This document shows, in pieces, positions 1-8,895 of a DNA stretch of 64,000 bases. The notes under the pieces are model-generated. The model was not told the origin of the DNA, searched no databases, and worked only from the letters and a program-made list of their open reading frames with translations. The stretch lies in IMG/VR virus record IMGVR_UViG_3300002839_000006, positions 17,703 to 81,702 of that record, one strand, 5' to 3'. Source of the stretch: a virus. Taxonomy: Duplodnaviria; Caudoviricetes. The stretch's first letter is position 1. Each line of letters begins with the position of its first letter. The position numbers and the translations under genes were made by a program.

Positions 1-268
1 TATGTCCGCTTGCCACTAAATCTATTTTAGGAATCCATTGGTTGTCGGTAAATGCACTTAAATATGAAGTATTTAAATCCAAATAATACAAAGCAGCCTG
101 TTTTGTCATCCAATTAATTCCGCTGGGCATTGGAACTTTTTGATATAACCCACTGCCCTGAGCATCTGCAAAACTCACCCACTGGTCAGAAGTCAAATTA
201 CTCCATCCAATCTGAGCCTGACCAAACGAGCATAAAAACAGTAGGGTTATTAATAGTAACTTTCTCAT
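1..268 (-). CDS. Signal-peptide-bearing protein, partial (runs off the left edge)
   Basis: Manual translation from ATG 268, open to position 1: MRKLLLITLLFLCSFGQAQIGWSNLTSDQWVSFADAQGSGLYQKVPMPSGINW... It starts 2 nt after the stop of the upstream gene; Sec-type signal ending AQA|Q. Confidence 0.8.
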   Translation of the reverse strand, partial: MRKLLLITLLFLCSFGQAQIGWSNLTSDQWVSFADAQGSGLYQKVPMPSGINWMTKQAALYYLDLNTSYLSAFTDNQWIPKIDLVASGH

Positions 269-270
269 AG

Positions 271-924
271 TTAAAAGAATAAAAATCTGTGATGTTTCTT
301 AATTCCGTTTAGTTTTTCCAAATATTCAACCCTCGCTGTAAGTTCCTGAATAGCTTTAATCTCTAATCCGTGTAAGGAATAAAGATTTATAGCATCTTTT
401 TTTTCACCCATTAAAATATACCTAGAAACACTTGCTGGAATTTCATCAATGATAAATCCTAATGTTTCATTGATAGTTGGTTTAGTCTTGTAGTTAAAAT
501 CCCTTAGTTGAAATTTACTTAACTCAAATGTTGCCGAACCTGTCCAGTCTTTATGAACATTTTTTAAACTTCTGAGTGAGTTAAAACCACCCCCTGCTGC
601 TGTAATTGAACCACCTAAAACTCCGTTTCCTGTTATGTTAAAATTAGCAGGTTGGGCAGAGGTTCCATTGTTTATGAATTTATTGATACCACCTATTAAG
701 ATTACATCGGAATTTAATGTACAGGTGTTTAGGGTTTTGGTTGAAGCTAGTCCTAGAAATGCAGAATACACATTACCGTTATTGGCATTGGTTATAATCT
801 TTCCTCTTGGAATTGTCTCTCCGAAAGTAGTCACACTGTCAGCAACCCTTACATTACCCGAAGGCGTGACTTGTGCAAATGAAATTGTGCTAATAAATAG
901 CAATAATATTAAAATCTTTTTCAT
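271..924 (-). CDS. Tail fibre/spike-like protein with N-terminal signal peptide and C-terminal Peptidase_S74-like intramolecular chaperone
   Basis: Signal MKKILILLLFISTISFA|Q. C-terminus SLRSLKN...GFIIDEIP...INLYSLHGLEIKAIQELTARVEYLE resembles the S74 autocleaving chaperone ending in a coiled coil. Confidence 0.7.
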   Translation of the reverse strand: MKKILILLLFISTISFAQVTPSGNVRVADSVTTFGETIPRGKIITNANNGNVYSAFLGLASTKTLNTCTLNSDVILIGGINKFINNGTSAQPANFNITGNGVLGGSITAAGGGFNSLRSLKNVHKDWTGSATFELSKFQLRDFNYKTKPTINETLGFIIDEIPASVSRYILMGEKKDAINLYSLHGLEIKAIQELTARVEYLEKLNGIKKHHRFLFF

Positions 925-928
925 GTTA

Positions 929-2887
929 TTAATATAAGAATGAGATAGTTACGACATCATAAGCATATACAGGAAGTGTAACTTGAACTGTTGCGCCACT
1001 TACAGTATAATTTGCAGGGTCAAGTGTTGAACCATTTAGGGAAACCCTTACGCCTGTTGCATCTTTTGGTGTATTTGAAAGCGTGTTTACTTGACCTGTT
1101 GAACCACTTGCAGCTTCTGCAAATTTCTGAGTTTTGAGATGGTCGTTGTAAAGTGTAGGTTTGTTTTGAATAAAAGTACCTCCCGAAGTTGCATTCCAAT
1201 CAATATAGGCTGCCGCTAAACCTGTTGATGTTCCAGTTAATGCACCTGTAAATCCAGTTGATGTAACAGAAGTTAGTCCTGCAATAGTTGTTGCTGTTGC
1301 ACCTAATGCAATATTAGTTGAACCAATAGTAAGACTTGAATTAGTTAACCTTGCATTTGCTAAAGTTCCTGTCCATCCAACTGTTATACTTGCTGCATTT
1401 AATAGCGAAGTTGAAGCCGAACCTCCTAAAGTTAAAGTTACATTTGTATCGTCTGTTTTTGTCAAGGCATTACCTGTAATTACTGCGGCAGGTATTCTCT
1501 CCCAAATAGTACCATTGTAACTTGCGTCATCACCTACATTAAAGGCTATTCCACCTGCACCAAAATTTGTAGTACCTGCTGTTGTACACCTATAAAACCA
1601 TCCTGCCGTTCCTGTGCCATTTGCAAGTGTCGGAGTGTTCGTATTTGCATTCCATGTTCCTTTATAAACTTGACTTGTTGCTACTGCCGCCCATGTTGCA
1701 ACCCCTGAACCGTTTGTTTTTAGAAAGTATCCATCTACTGCACCTGTTGTTATAGTGATTACAGGTGTACTAATTGAGCTCGAAGCATTAAACTGACTAG
1801 CTGCAACGGTTGATGAAAAGGTGGCAACAACTCCATAAAGCATACCAGTCAAAGCCTGACCACTACCTGCTGATAGGGGGAGATAACCACCACTTACAGC
1901 AGGAGCAGCACCAATATATGATAAAACCGCAGTAGAATTAAACCTATAAACAGTTCCATCGGCAGCTTCCCCTAATATTCCATCTGTTAATCCTGATGCT
2001 TGAAGTCCTGTGAAATTACCCGCTACACCCTGCCATTGACCTGAATTATCAGCAACTCCGTGCAAAGCAAGAGCCCCAATACTATTATATGAAATAGTCT
2101 TAGCTGCTGAACCATTAAAAGTACCACCACTTGCATCACCTGAACCTGAATTGTTAAAGGTTAGGGAATTAGGAGTGTTAAAAGCAGGTAAAGCAGCACT
2201 AGTCCAAGCTGAACCATCTGAAGTTAATACGTTGCCACTTGTCGAGGGTGTTACGGCTGCAATAAAATCAGTTGTTGCCGAATTTGCAGCACTACCAAAA
2301 GTTCTGTAATTTAGTTTTGTGGCTAAAGATGAAGTTAGTCTGTCCCTACGAACATACCCATCAGTGCCTATACTGTCAGATTTATCCTTTTTTGATAATG
2401 CTTTAAAGTTGGTGTAAAACCCATAACCCGCTGTACTATCATTGCTTAGCTTGTAGCTACCTGCTGCTTGTTTATTATTAAATGTAGTCCAGTCGGCAGC
2501 ACTTAAAGCACCTCTATTAGAAGCACTTGCAGTAGGTACTTGTAGGGTAATTACAGGTGTTGTAGTTCCCGTTGCTACTGTACTACTTAAATCTGTTCCT
2601 GTTGTACCTAAGGTTAAAGCAGCTACAGAAGTTACCGTACCACCACCATTAACTAAATCTATATACCCTGCTGCCAAAGCTGTAGTTATGGTATAAGAAG
2701 AAGTCAATGCAGTATTCACCCTCCATATTTTCTTAGTTGCTACATCATAAATTTCATTCCCTACCGAGAAGTTCTGATTTAGTGCAGTAGTAGCATTGGC
2801 TATTCTTACTGAGATAATAGGTGAAGTTTGAGCGTAAATGTTAACACTCAGTAAAACTGCTATTAAAAAACTTAGTATTTTTTTCAT
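929..2887 (-). CDS. Thr/Ala/Gly-rich fibre-like protein with signal peptide
   Basis: Signal MKKILSFLIAVLLSVNIYA|Q. Contains the YKGTWNANTNTPTL...GWFY...VGD...NG..W module typical of phage tail/baseplate fibres and a C-terminal small beta domain (VSLNG...YTVSG..V). Confidence 0.65.
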   Translation of the reverse strand: MKKILSFLIAVLLSVNIYAQTSPIISVRIANATTALNQNFSVGNEIYDVATKKIWRVNTALTSSYTITTALAAGYIDLVNGGGTVTSVAALTLGTTGTDLSSTVATGTTTPVITLQVPTASASNRGALSAADWTTFNNKQAAGSYKLSNDSTAGYGFYTNFKALSKKDKSDSIGTDGYVRRDRLTSSLATKLNYRTFGSAANSATTDFIAAVTPSTSGNVLTSDGSAWTSAALPAFNTPNSLTFNNSGSGDASGGTFNGSAAKTISYNSIGALALHGVADNSGQWQGVAGNFTGLQASGLTDGILGEAADGTVYRFNSTAVLSYIGAAPAVSGGYLPLSAGSGQALTGMLYGVVATFSSTVAASQFNASSSISTPVITITTGAVDGYFLKTNGSGVATWAAVATSQVYKGTWNANTNTPTLANGTGTAGWFYRCTTAGTTNFGAGGIAFNVGDDASYNGTIWERIPAAVITGNALTKTDDTNVTLTLGGSASTSLLNAASITVGWTGTLANARLTNSSLTIGSTNIALGATATTIAGLTSVTSTGFTGALTGTSTGLAAAYIDWNATSGGTFIQNKPTLYNDHLKTQKFAEAASGSTGQVNTLSNTPKDATGVRVSLNGSTLDPANYTVSGATVQVTLPVYAYDVVTISFLY

Positions 2888-2888
2888 C

Positions 2889-4292
2889 TTAGTTCTGTAT
2901 TTTTATTTTATCGTAAGTCCTTGTATCTGCCTGTAAGGTAATTGAGGTAGTGCCTACCCCTGACCAAATATCACTCGAAATTGAATTGCCATTGTAAAAA
3001 ACGTTGGAAATATCTGTGAGTGGAAATGGGATCATAAAAGTAGTCACCCCAGAAGTTGTGACTGAGATTTCATACATTATTGAATAGGCTGTGGTTTTTA
3101 CTCTCCCCCATTGAACTCCATTTGAGATAATCCAGTCACCTACCCCATAAGTTAGTCCTGATTGAGTTCCTGCCGTGTTTACAATATAGTACCAACCTTT
3201 AGTTGTGTCTGCGTTTGGGATAGAGGGTGTATTTGTAGCTGCATTGTAAACTCCTTGATATTTGACTGCACCTATTAAAGCTGCATTCATTTGAGATAGA
3301 GGTACTTTACCATTTACGAGTGAAGCCACACCGTTTAAAGCACCCCTGTCAGAAGTATTTATTTTGCTTAATGCCTTGAAATTGGTGTAAAAGCCTTTGT
3401 CTAACACACTATCGTTAGCTGCCTTATATAAAGTGCTATCTTTGCTTCCATCTGCCTTTAGAAACTCTGTATTTAAACCGTTTTCTGCTATGAAAGTTTT
3501 CCCTCTCACATTTCCTTTTAAATAGGTGTCAGTAGTCAAATCTGTACCTATGGTTGTCGTATTCGAACCATTACCTACTCCATATGTCCCTATCACTATT
3601 TCATTCTCAATACTATCAAGTTTGGCTCTTGTGAATGCCCCTATATAAATACAGTTGTTTAAATTTCTTGCCCCAGTAATTCCATCTGTTATATGACTCC
3701 CTGCTTCTTGTCCTACTGATGTATTATAATTCCCATTCTGGTTATGATACAGAGCTGAGTATCCATTGGCAGTATTACCATTGGCATACTTAGCTGATCT
3801 TAATGCATATGCTCCAGAGCCTGTATTATTTACTCCATATATAGTTATTGAATCCAGTGCAGCTGAACCAAGTGTTGTATTGTAGTTCAAGTCACTCTTC
3901 AAACCCATTGCCCCATTGAAGAAATATCCCTGCCCTGAATTAATAGAACCTGCAATGTTTATATTAGCATTCTGAGGTACTGTTTTTTGATTCCATATAT
4001 AGAAGGTTGAACCTGTTGCTGGAGCTTTACCTGCTACCATTGCATCAACCTGTGCTTTCTTATATACAAGTAACATCACTGAATCAATATTGTGTTTCAA
4101 CTTATCCATTGAAGCAAGATCAGTCCATTTATAGGTGACTCCTTTATATATCCATACAACTGAATCTAATGTGTTATAGCCAAATGAAGGGTTACTTATA
4201 GTCTTAAAAGTTGACCCTACTGGAGGATTCTTTTGTGAAAAAGAAAACGTTACTACCAATGATAGTAATAACGTTAAAAGTATTTTCTTCAT
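2889..4292 (-). CDS. Fibre-like protein with signal peptide and trimeric-adhesin-head-like repeats
   Basis: Signal MKKILLTLLLSLVVTFSFS|Q. NTxxGxxAL repeats (NTTLGSAAL, NTGSGAYAL, NTANGYSAL, NTSVGQEA), a YQGVYNAATNTP...VGDW module and a C-terminal VFYNG beta domain. Confidence 0.65.
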   Translation of the reverse strand: MKKILLTLLLSLVVTFSFSQKNPPVGSTFKTISNPSFGYNTLDSVVWIYKGVTYKWTDLASMDKLKHNIDSVMLLVYKKAQVDAMVAGKAPATGSTFYIWNQKTVPQNANINIAGSINSGQGYFFNGAMGLKSDLNYNTTLGSAALDSITIYGVNNTGSGAYALRSAKYANGNTANGYSALYHNQNGNYNTSVGQEAGSHITDGITGARNLNNCIYIGAFTRAKLDSIENEIVIGTYGVGNGSNTTTIGTDLTTDTYLKGNVRGKTFIAENGLNTEFLKADGSKDSTLYKAANDSVLDKGFYTNFKALSKINTSDRGALNGVASLVNGKVPLSQMNAALIGAVKYQGVYNAATNTPSIPNADTTKGWYYIVNTAGTQSGLTYGVGDWIISNGVQWGRVKTTAYSIMYEISVTTSGVTTFMIPFPLTDISNVFYNGNSISSDIWSGVGTTSITLQADTRTYDKIKIQN

Positions 4293-4305
4293 ATATTAGT
4301 ATAGT

Positions 4306-4431
4306 TTAGTCTATTGTATTTCTTGTTTCAACCTTAGTCCACCCATCAGGCAAATCTTCGTATCTCAATGGATGCTTTAATTCCCATCCAATCCAAAGCC
4401 AACTTATTGCGAATATTATTAGTATTATCAT
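4306..4431 (-). CDS. Small single-pass membrane protein (41 aa)
   Basis: Manual translation MIILIIFAISWLWIGWELKHPLRYEDLPDGWTKVETRNTID*. The ATG directly abuts the upstream stop at 4432-4434. Confidence 0.55.
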   Translation of the reverse strand: MIILIIFAISWLWIGWELKHPLRYEDLPDGWTKVETRNTID

Positions 4432-6411
4432 TTAATAAGTTATTATTACCCCATTATGAAACAGGGGTGAACCATTGTGAAATACAGGACTAGCAAATGG
4501 ATGCTGATCAACCATTAGTACTACTGATGTATAAGGTTGCAAGGTCACAGATATGGCGTATTTAGTTCCTTTCACATCAATCATTGGACGACTTAATGTT
4601 ACTGTTTTTGCTGTTGTAGTGGCATTATATTCAAATTGCAAATCGTCTGTCATAGTAATTGCTTGAGGTGATTTGTGGGAATTGGCATCCTGACCTGAAT
4701 AGGCCTGCCATTGTGTAAGTGTGTAATGATATAGGGGATTACTCCACCCATTAGGCTGAAGATAAAACGTCTGATTATCATCTATTGGTCTTGCGTAATA
4801 ATTATTATCAAACGTACCCATCGTTGGAAGTGTCGCCTGTAAAGTTATTAAATTTACAACATACTGATTTGCATCTTTAGACAAAAATATATTGTTCGTA
4901 AGTAAACAATTTGTAATAGCATCATTAGTAGCATCATCCTGTGTGTAAAATTGTATCTTATTATTGTAAACAGTGTTACTAGTAATTGTGATATAACTTG
5001 CATTATGAAGCAAAATACCATTACCCGCACAATTAGCCATTGTGTTGTCCGTTATTTCTACATTTTTAGCATTGTCATCCATATAAATACCATTGGCAGG
5101 AGTGTAACTTGTACTATTGGTTCCTGCAAAAGCTCCAATCCCGTTTAATACAATATTTCCTGTTATTACGTTACCATAAGATAAACCGCCTGTATATATA
5201 CCGCCTCCATCTTGAAGAACTGTACAAAAAGTATCTATAAAGTTATTTTTTATAAGTGCGGAATCCCCTGAAAAATATATTCCATTATAGCCTGTTTTTA
5301 TGATTCTATTATATTCTATAATTAACCCCTTGTATGAATTTGCTTTCAAAATACCCACGCGACCGCTTACTCCAGTTTCACCCATTCCTGGATAAATTCC
5401 TGTATTTTGAATAGTATTATTTCTTATTGTAGAATATTCAACATCATAAATCAGATTAACGCCAGTACTATTTGAGTTTGATATGATACAATTTTCAATA
5501 GTACTATAAGGAGTACCTAATTGAATCCCTTCTATTCCACTAAAATTGACTGTGCAATTTTTTAAAATAATATCCCTCAACCCACCATATTCAGTAAGAA
5601 TAGAATATCTATTGGCGCCCGTAAACGAAAGTCCATCGATGGTAATAAACGCAGCATGAATAGTCGCCAAAACATCCTGAGAAGCTACCTGTATATTTGT
5701 TGGAATGCTTGTACTATAAACTCTTATCTTTTTAGTAGAAGGGTTGTAATACCATTCATTTTGCTGATCAAGAGTTCGGGTATCGTTTTGAATAAAAAAA
5801 CCAAAACCATCTGTTGGTGTAAAAGTACTTACGTATGGACTGTATGTTAATGTGTTTCCTGATTGAGATGTAACAAAAGATCTATCTAAAATCCATTGCA
5901 CAGTACGTACAACTACCTCTGCCCCTGTCCAGTCAGTCGTACCTGTTAAACTACTGCTTGTAATTGAGGTTTTTCCAGAATGAGATTGATACGTTAAATA
6001 TCCTCCATTAGCTGCATCAGCATTAGGATAACGCCCCATTGGAGTATTTACTCCATTTATAACAACCATATTGCAAGTTGAAAGCGTTGATACAGCTGAA
6101 GTGCTTTCCCAAATATTGCCACCTAAATTCGTCCAGGCAGTAACAGTAGTAAAACCTGTAATAATTGGATTTTCCCCCGTACCATAAGCTCCATAAATTA
6201 TTGGATGTCCTGATGTCCCTGAGTTATGGGGAATTATTGTACCGATAAATGTTTCACCACGATTAAATAAAATCTGATCATCAGGGGCAAAAGTGGCTGC
6301 GTTGACTGCTGCTATGGTAGAATAATCGCCACCACTCGCAGCGACATGGTAAACAGCTGTCTGGCCTATCAAGCTAAAGAAAATAAATAATATTGTTAGT
6401 ATCTTTTTCAT
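4432..6411 (-). CDS. Right-handed parallel beta-helix protein (pectin-lyase-like, possible depolymerase) with signal peptide
   Basis: Signal MKKILTILFIFFSLIG|Q. Repeated I.NN.I...G..GI motifs; YHV...GG...T...A...F.PDD.ILF.RG.TF start typical of Bacteroidota beta-helix proteins. Confidence 0.75.
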   Translation of the reverse strand: MKKILTILFIFFSLIGQTAVYHVAASGGDYSTIAAVNAATFAPDDQILFNRGETFIGTIIPHNSGTSGHPIIYGAYGTGENPIITGFTTVTAWTNLGGNIWESTSAVSTLSTCNMVVINGVNTPMGRYPNADAANGGYLTYQSHSGKTSITSSSLTGTTDWTGAEVVVRTVQWILDRSFVTSQSGNTLTYSPYVSTFTPTDGFGFFIQNDTRTLDQQNEWYYNPSTKKIRVYSTSIPTNIQVASQDVLATIHAAFITIDGLSFTGANRYSILTEYGGLRDIILKNCTVNFSGIEGIQLGTPYSTIENCIISNSNSTGVNLIYDVEYSTIRNNTIQNTGIYPGMGETGVSGRVGILKANSYKGLIIEYNRIIKTGYNGIYFSGDSALIKNNFIDTFCTVLQDGGGIYTGGLSYGNVITGNIVLNGIGAFAGTNSTSYTPANGIYMDDNAKNVEITDNTMANCAGNGILLHNASYITITSNTVYNNKIQFYTQDDATNDAITNCLLTNNIFLSKDANQYVVNLITLQATLPTMGTFDNNYYARPIDDNQTFYLQPNGWSNPLYHYTLTQWQAYSGQDANSHKSPQAITMTDDLQFEYNATTTAKTVTLSRPMIDVKGTKYAISVTLQPYTSVVLMVDQHPFASPVFHNGSPLFHNGVIITY

Positions 6412-6412
6412 G

Positions 6413-7600
6413 TTAATAATTTAGTATTTTTTTTACGGACACCTGATCAAAACATATTCCATTAGTATCATTAGTGACATCTACATTAGCCTGAAAATAA
6501 GGTGATATATGCGTACCGCTAGATTGAAAAATCACCGTATATAATGTCCATGATGAAGATGAAATTGTAAAAGGTGAGAATTGTGTCGAAGAGGCTTCAA
6601 ACAACGCCCCTCCAGTGGCTTTAATGTTTTTAGCATAAAAGGACAAAACGTACCAATCACCACTTGTGGTGGGTACCATCTGCCATATTTGTCCACTAAG
6701 ACCAGCAGCATTAGTTATACTTTGGCTTGAAGTTCCAGCGTATGGAGTGGCTGTGTTTTCAGAAAGATTACCGGCTATATAAGTCCAACTAGGAGCATTT
6801 CCTGCCACATACGTCCCTTCCACACTGCCATTAACTACTAATTCAGGGCCATAGAAGTAACCTGATGCAGAAACACTATCAGCAGCCCAAACAGGGCTTT
6901 TCCAGTAAGAATTAGATTTTACCCAAAGTCTTCCAGAAGTACTATCAATATATATATTTCCTGTAGCTGGTGGAGAGGCAAGAACACTTAAAGAATCAGC
7001 AAAACTACTACCATAACCTGCATGATCCAGTACATACTTAGGAGTGGCGTAACCACTACCATCAGTCTTGTTGCTATCGGCCTTTAGTGGAACCAAGCCT
7101 GATAGCTCAGTACCACTTGCAAGCGTGACCTCAATCAAGCCTACTCTGTGATTTGTAGCATATTTAGTACTGTCTTTTCTATTTAATTTTGTAAGTAAAC
7201 TATCAGATAGATTTGTTATAGTTGATTGTGCCTGATTATGTGCTGTCGGAGTTCTTGAATCGCTTAGCCTGCTATCATTCCCTACAGCAGCGGTTGAAGA
7301 AGTTGTTCCAAATCCAGGAAAAGAAACCTTTGAATTAATGCGATTTGACAAAGATATTGTATCTATTGCATTTCCTGTAGCTAAATTATAAGCTACTCCT
7401 GCTTTATAGAAAAGAAAAACACCCCCAACTATACCCGTAGAATCAATTTGTGGGCCATGTACCCCTATCTGAAAAGAGCCAATTACTTTAACAGGTCCCA
7501 TAAATAATCTATACCCTTGTTGTTTAGAACTATTGGGAAATGTAATTTGGGATATACCAAACAGTGGGAATAATAAAAATAATAGAATTAGCTTTTTCAT
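6413..7600 (-). CDS. Signal-peptide protein with C-terminal carbohydrate-binding-like jelly-roll domain
   Basis: Signal MKKLILLFLLFPLFGIS|Q. C-terminal ELVVNGSVEG...WYVLSFYAK...WTLYTVIF...CFDQVSVK resembles CBM_4_9-type domains. Confidence 0.55.
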   Translation of the reverse strand: MKKLILLFLLFPLFGISQITFPNSSKQQGYRLFMGPVKVIGSFQIGVHGPQIDSTGIVGGVFLFYKAGVAYNLATGNAIDTISLSNRINSKVSFPGFGTTSSTAAVGNDSRLSDSRTPTAHNQAQSTITNLSDSLLTKLNRKDSTKYATNHRVGLIEVTLASGTELSGLVPLKADSNKTDGSGYATPKYVLDHAGYGSSFADSLSVLASPPATGNIYIDSTSGRLWVKSNSYWKSPVWAADSVSASGYFYGPELVVNGSVEGTYVAGNAPSWTYIAGNLSENTATPYAGTSSQSITNAAGLSGQIWQMVPTTSGDWYVLSFYAKNIKATGGALFEASSTQFSPFTISSSSWTLYTVIFQSSGTHISPYFQANVDVTNDTNGICFDQVSVKKILNY

Positions 7601-7604
7601 ATCA

Positions 7605-8066
7605 CTAAAGTGTTACATTGATTTTTGCATTAACAATTTCTTCAGTTGTGCCTATAATTACGTCATAAACACTTCCGTTTAAGACATAAGCTACTGATCC
7701 TACGTTCTGTTTTACTCCCCCAAGGAATACCACAATATTACTAGGTTCTGTATTGATAGGTGGTGTAAAGTCGTTACCTGAAATAGTTGTATCACTATTA
7801 GCAACAAGGGTAGCAGTAGCTGTACATATTCCTCCTCCACTACCTGCCCCAGCACCTAACCAACTTGTATTCCAATAATTCACAAATGCTGCAACTGATG
7901 CAAACCCTGTAAGTGTACTATCTAAACAATTTCTATAATCAGTCTCTATGAATGGTGTACTCTCATCAGCGAATCTTATTCTTATGGTATTCCCACAAGT
8001 TGTCAATATAGGGTTAGCTCTGTTATATAGTATCCCATCTATCTTTCCTGTATCGAATGTGTACAT
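7605..8066 (-). CDS. Hypothetical, probably structural protein
   Basis: 153-aa ORF between the fibre cluster and the head module; beta-rich C-terminus; no signal peptide. Confidence 0.55.
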   Translation of the reverse strand: MYTFDTGKIDGILYNRANPILTTCGNTIRIRFADESTPFIETDYRNCLDSTLTGFASVAAFVNYWNTSWLGAGAGSGGGICTATATLVANSDTTISGNDFTPPINTEPSNIVVFLGGVKQNVGSVAYVLNGSVYDVIIGTTEEIVNAKINVTL

Positions 8067-8097
8067 GTTGGCCTATGTGTTGTTGTATTATCGGAAT

Positions 8098-8895
8098 TTA
8101 TTTGTTATTCACAGTATGACCTCTAACTTCTGATCTTTTAGAATCTTCATGTTGAGAAATATCTTCTGAAGTTATACCACCATATTCATTTCCATTTCTT
8201 TTAGATTTTATTCTGTATATAAAATCACCATCTTTAGTCTCAGTAACTTTTGTGACAGTACCCTTTAGATCAACCCCATTTGATTTAAATGATACTACAT
8301 TATCAATTTCATATTCTGCCTTCTTAGCTTTCTTCTCAACAGGTTTCTCTTCTTTCTTTTTCTCACTGCTTGTTCCAGCTGTTGGACCTTCTGTAGGTTC
8401 TGTCACTTTACTTTTATCTTTATTATCCCAAGTTGACATTTTATCTTTCTCACCTTCTGGTGCCTTGAATGTGTCCTGTGCTTCCTCTGACTTCCTACGC
8501 TGTAGTTCTTTATGTGCTGCCTCTCTTACTGCAGGATCAGTAGATACCTTAGTAGCATTCATTAGGGCTGCCTCGGATGCCGTCTTAGCAGCTGTCCCCA
8601 GATCTTGTGGTTGTGCTGTAGCTTTACCCTGTTCAGCTCTCTTATCAAGTGCTGCTTTAGCTTCTGGGTTCTCAGGTTTACCTGGTGCATCGCCACTTTT
8701 TACTGGCACCCATCCTGTAGCTTCTTTTCTCATTTTAACACCACTCCACTCCCTTATCTCACCCATCTGAGCTAATTTGCCTTTTATAATGTCCTCTTTC
8801 ATTTCATTGAATGTAGGTGCAAGATTTTTCTTAATTTGATCTTCTTGTTGTTGTTGTCCTTTTCTTATTTCGTCTTGGATATTCATTTTAATCAA
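8098..8895 (-). CDS. Head-associated family protein 1 (shared N-terminal module, SH3-like C-terminus)
   Basis: EDIIKGKLAQMGEIREWSGVKMRKEATGWVPVK is a divergent copy of the module found in four other proteins. Overlaps the portal stop. Confidence 0.65.
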   Translation of the reverse strand: MIKMNIQDEIRKGQQQQEDQIKKNLAPTFNEMKEDIIKGKLAQMGEIREWSGVKMRKEATGWVPVKSGDAPGKPENPEAKAALDKRAEQGKATAQPQDLGTAAKTASEAALMNATKVSTDPAVREAAHKELQRRKSEEAQDTFKAPEGEKDKMSTWDNKDKSKVTEPTEGPTAGTSSEKKKEEKPVEKKAKKAEYEIDNVVSFKSNGVDLKGTVTKVTETKDGDFIYRIKSKRNGNEYGGITSEDISQHEDSKRSEVRGHTVNNK

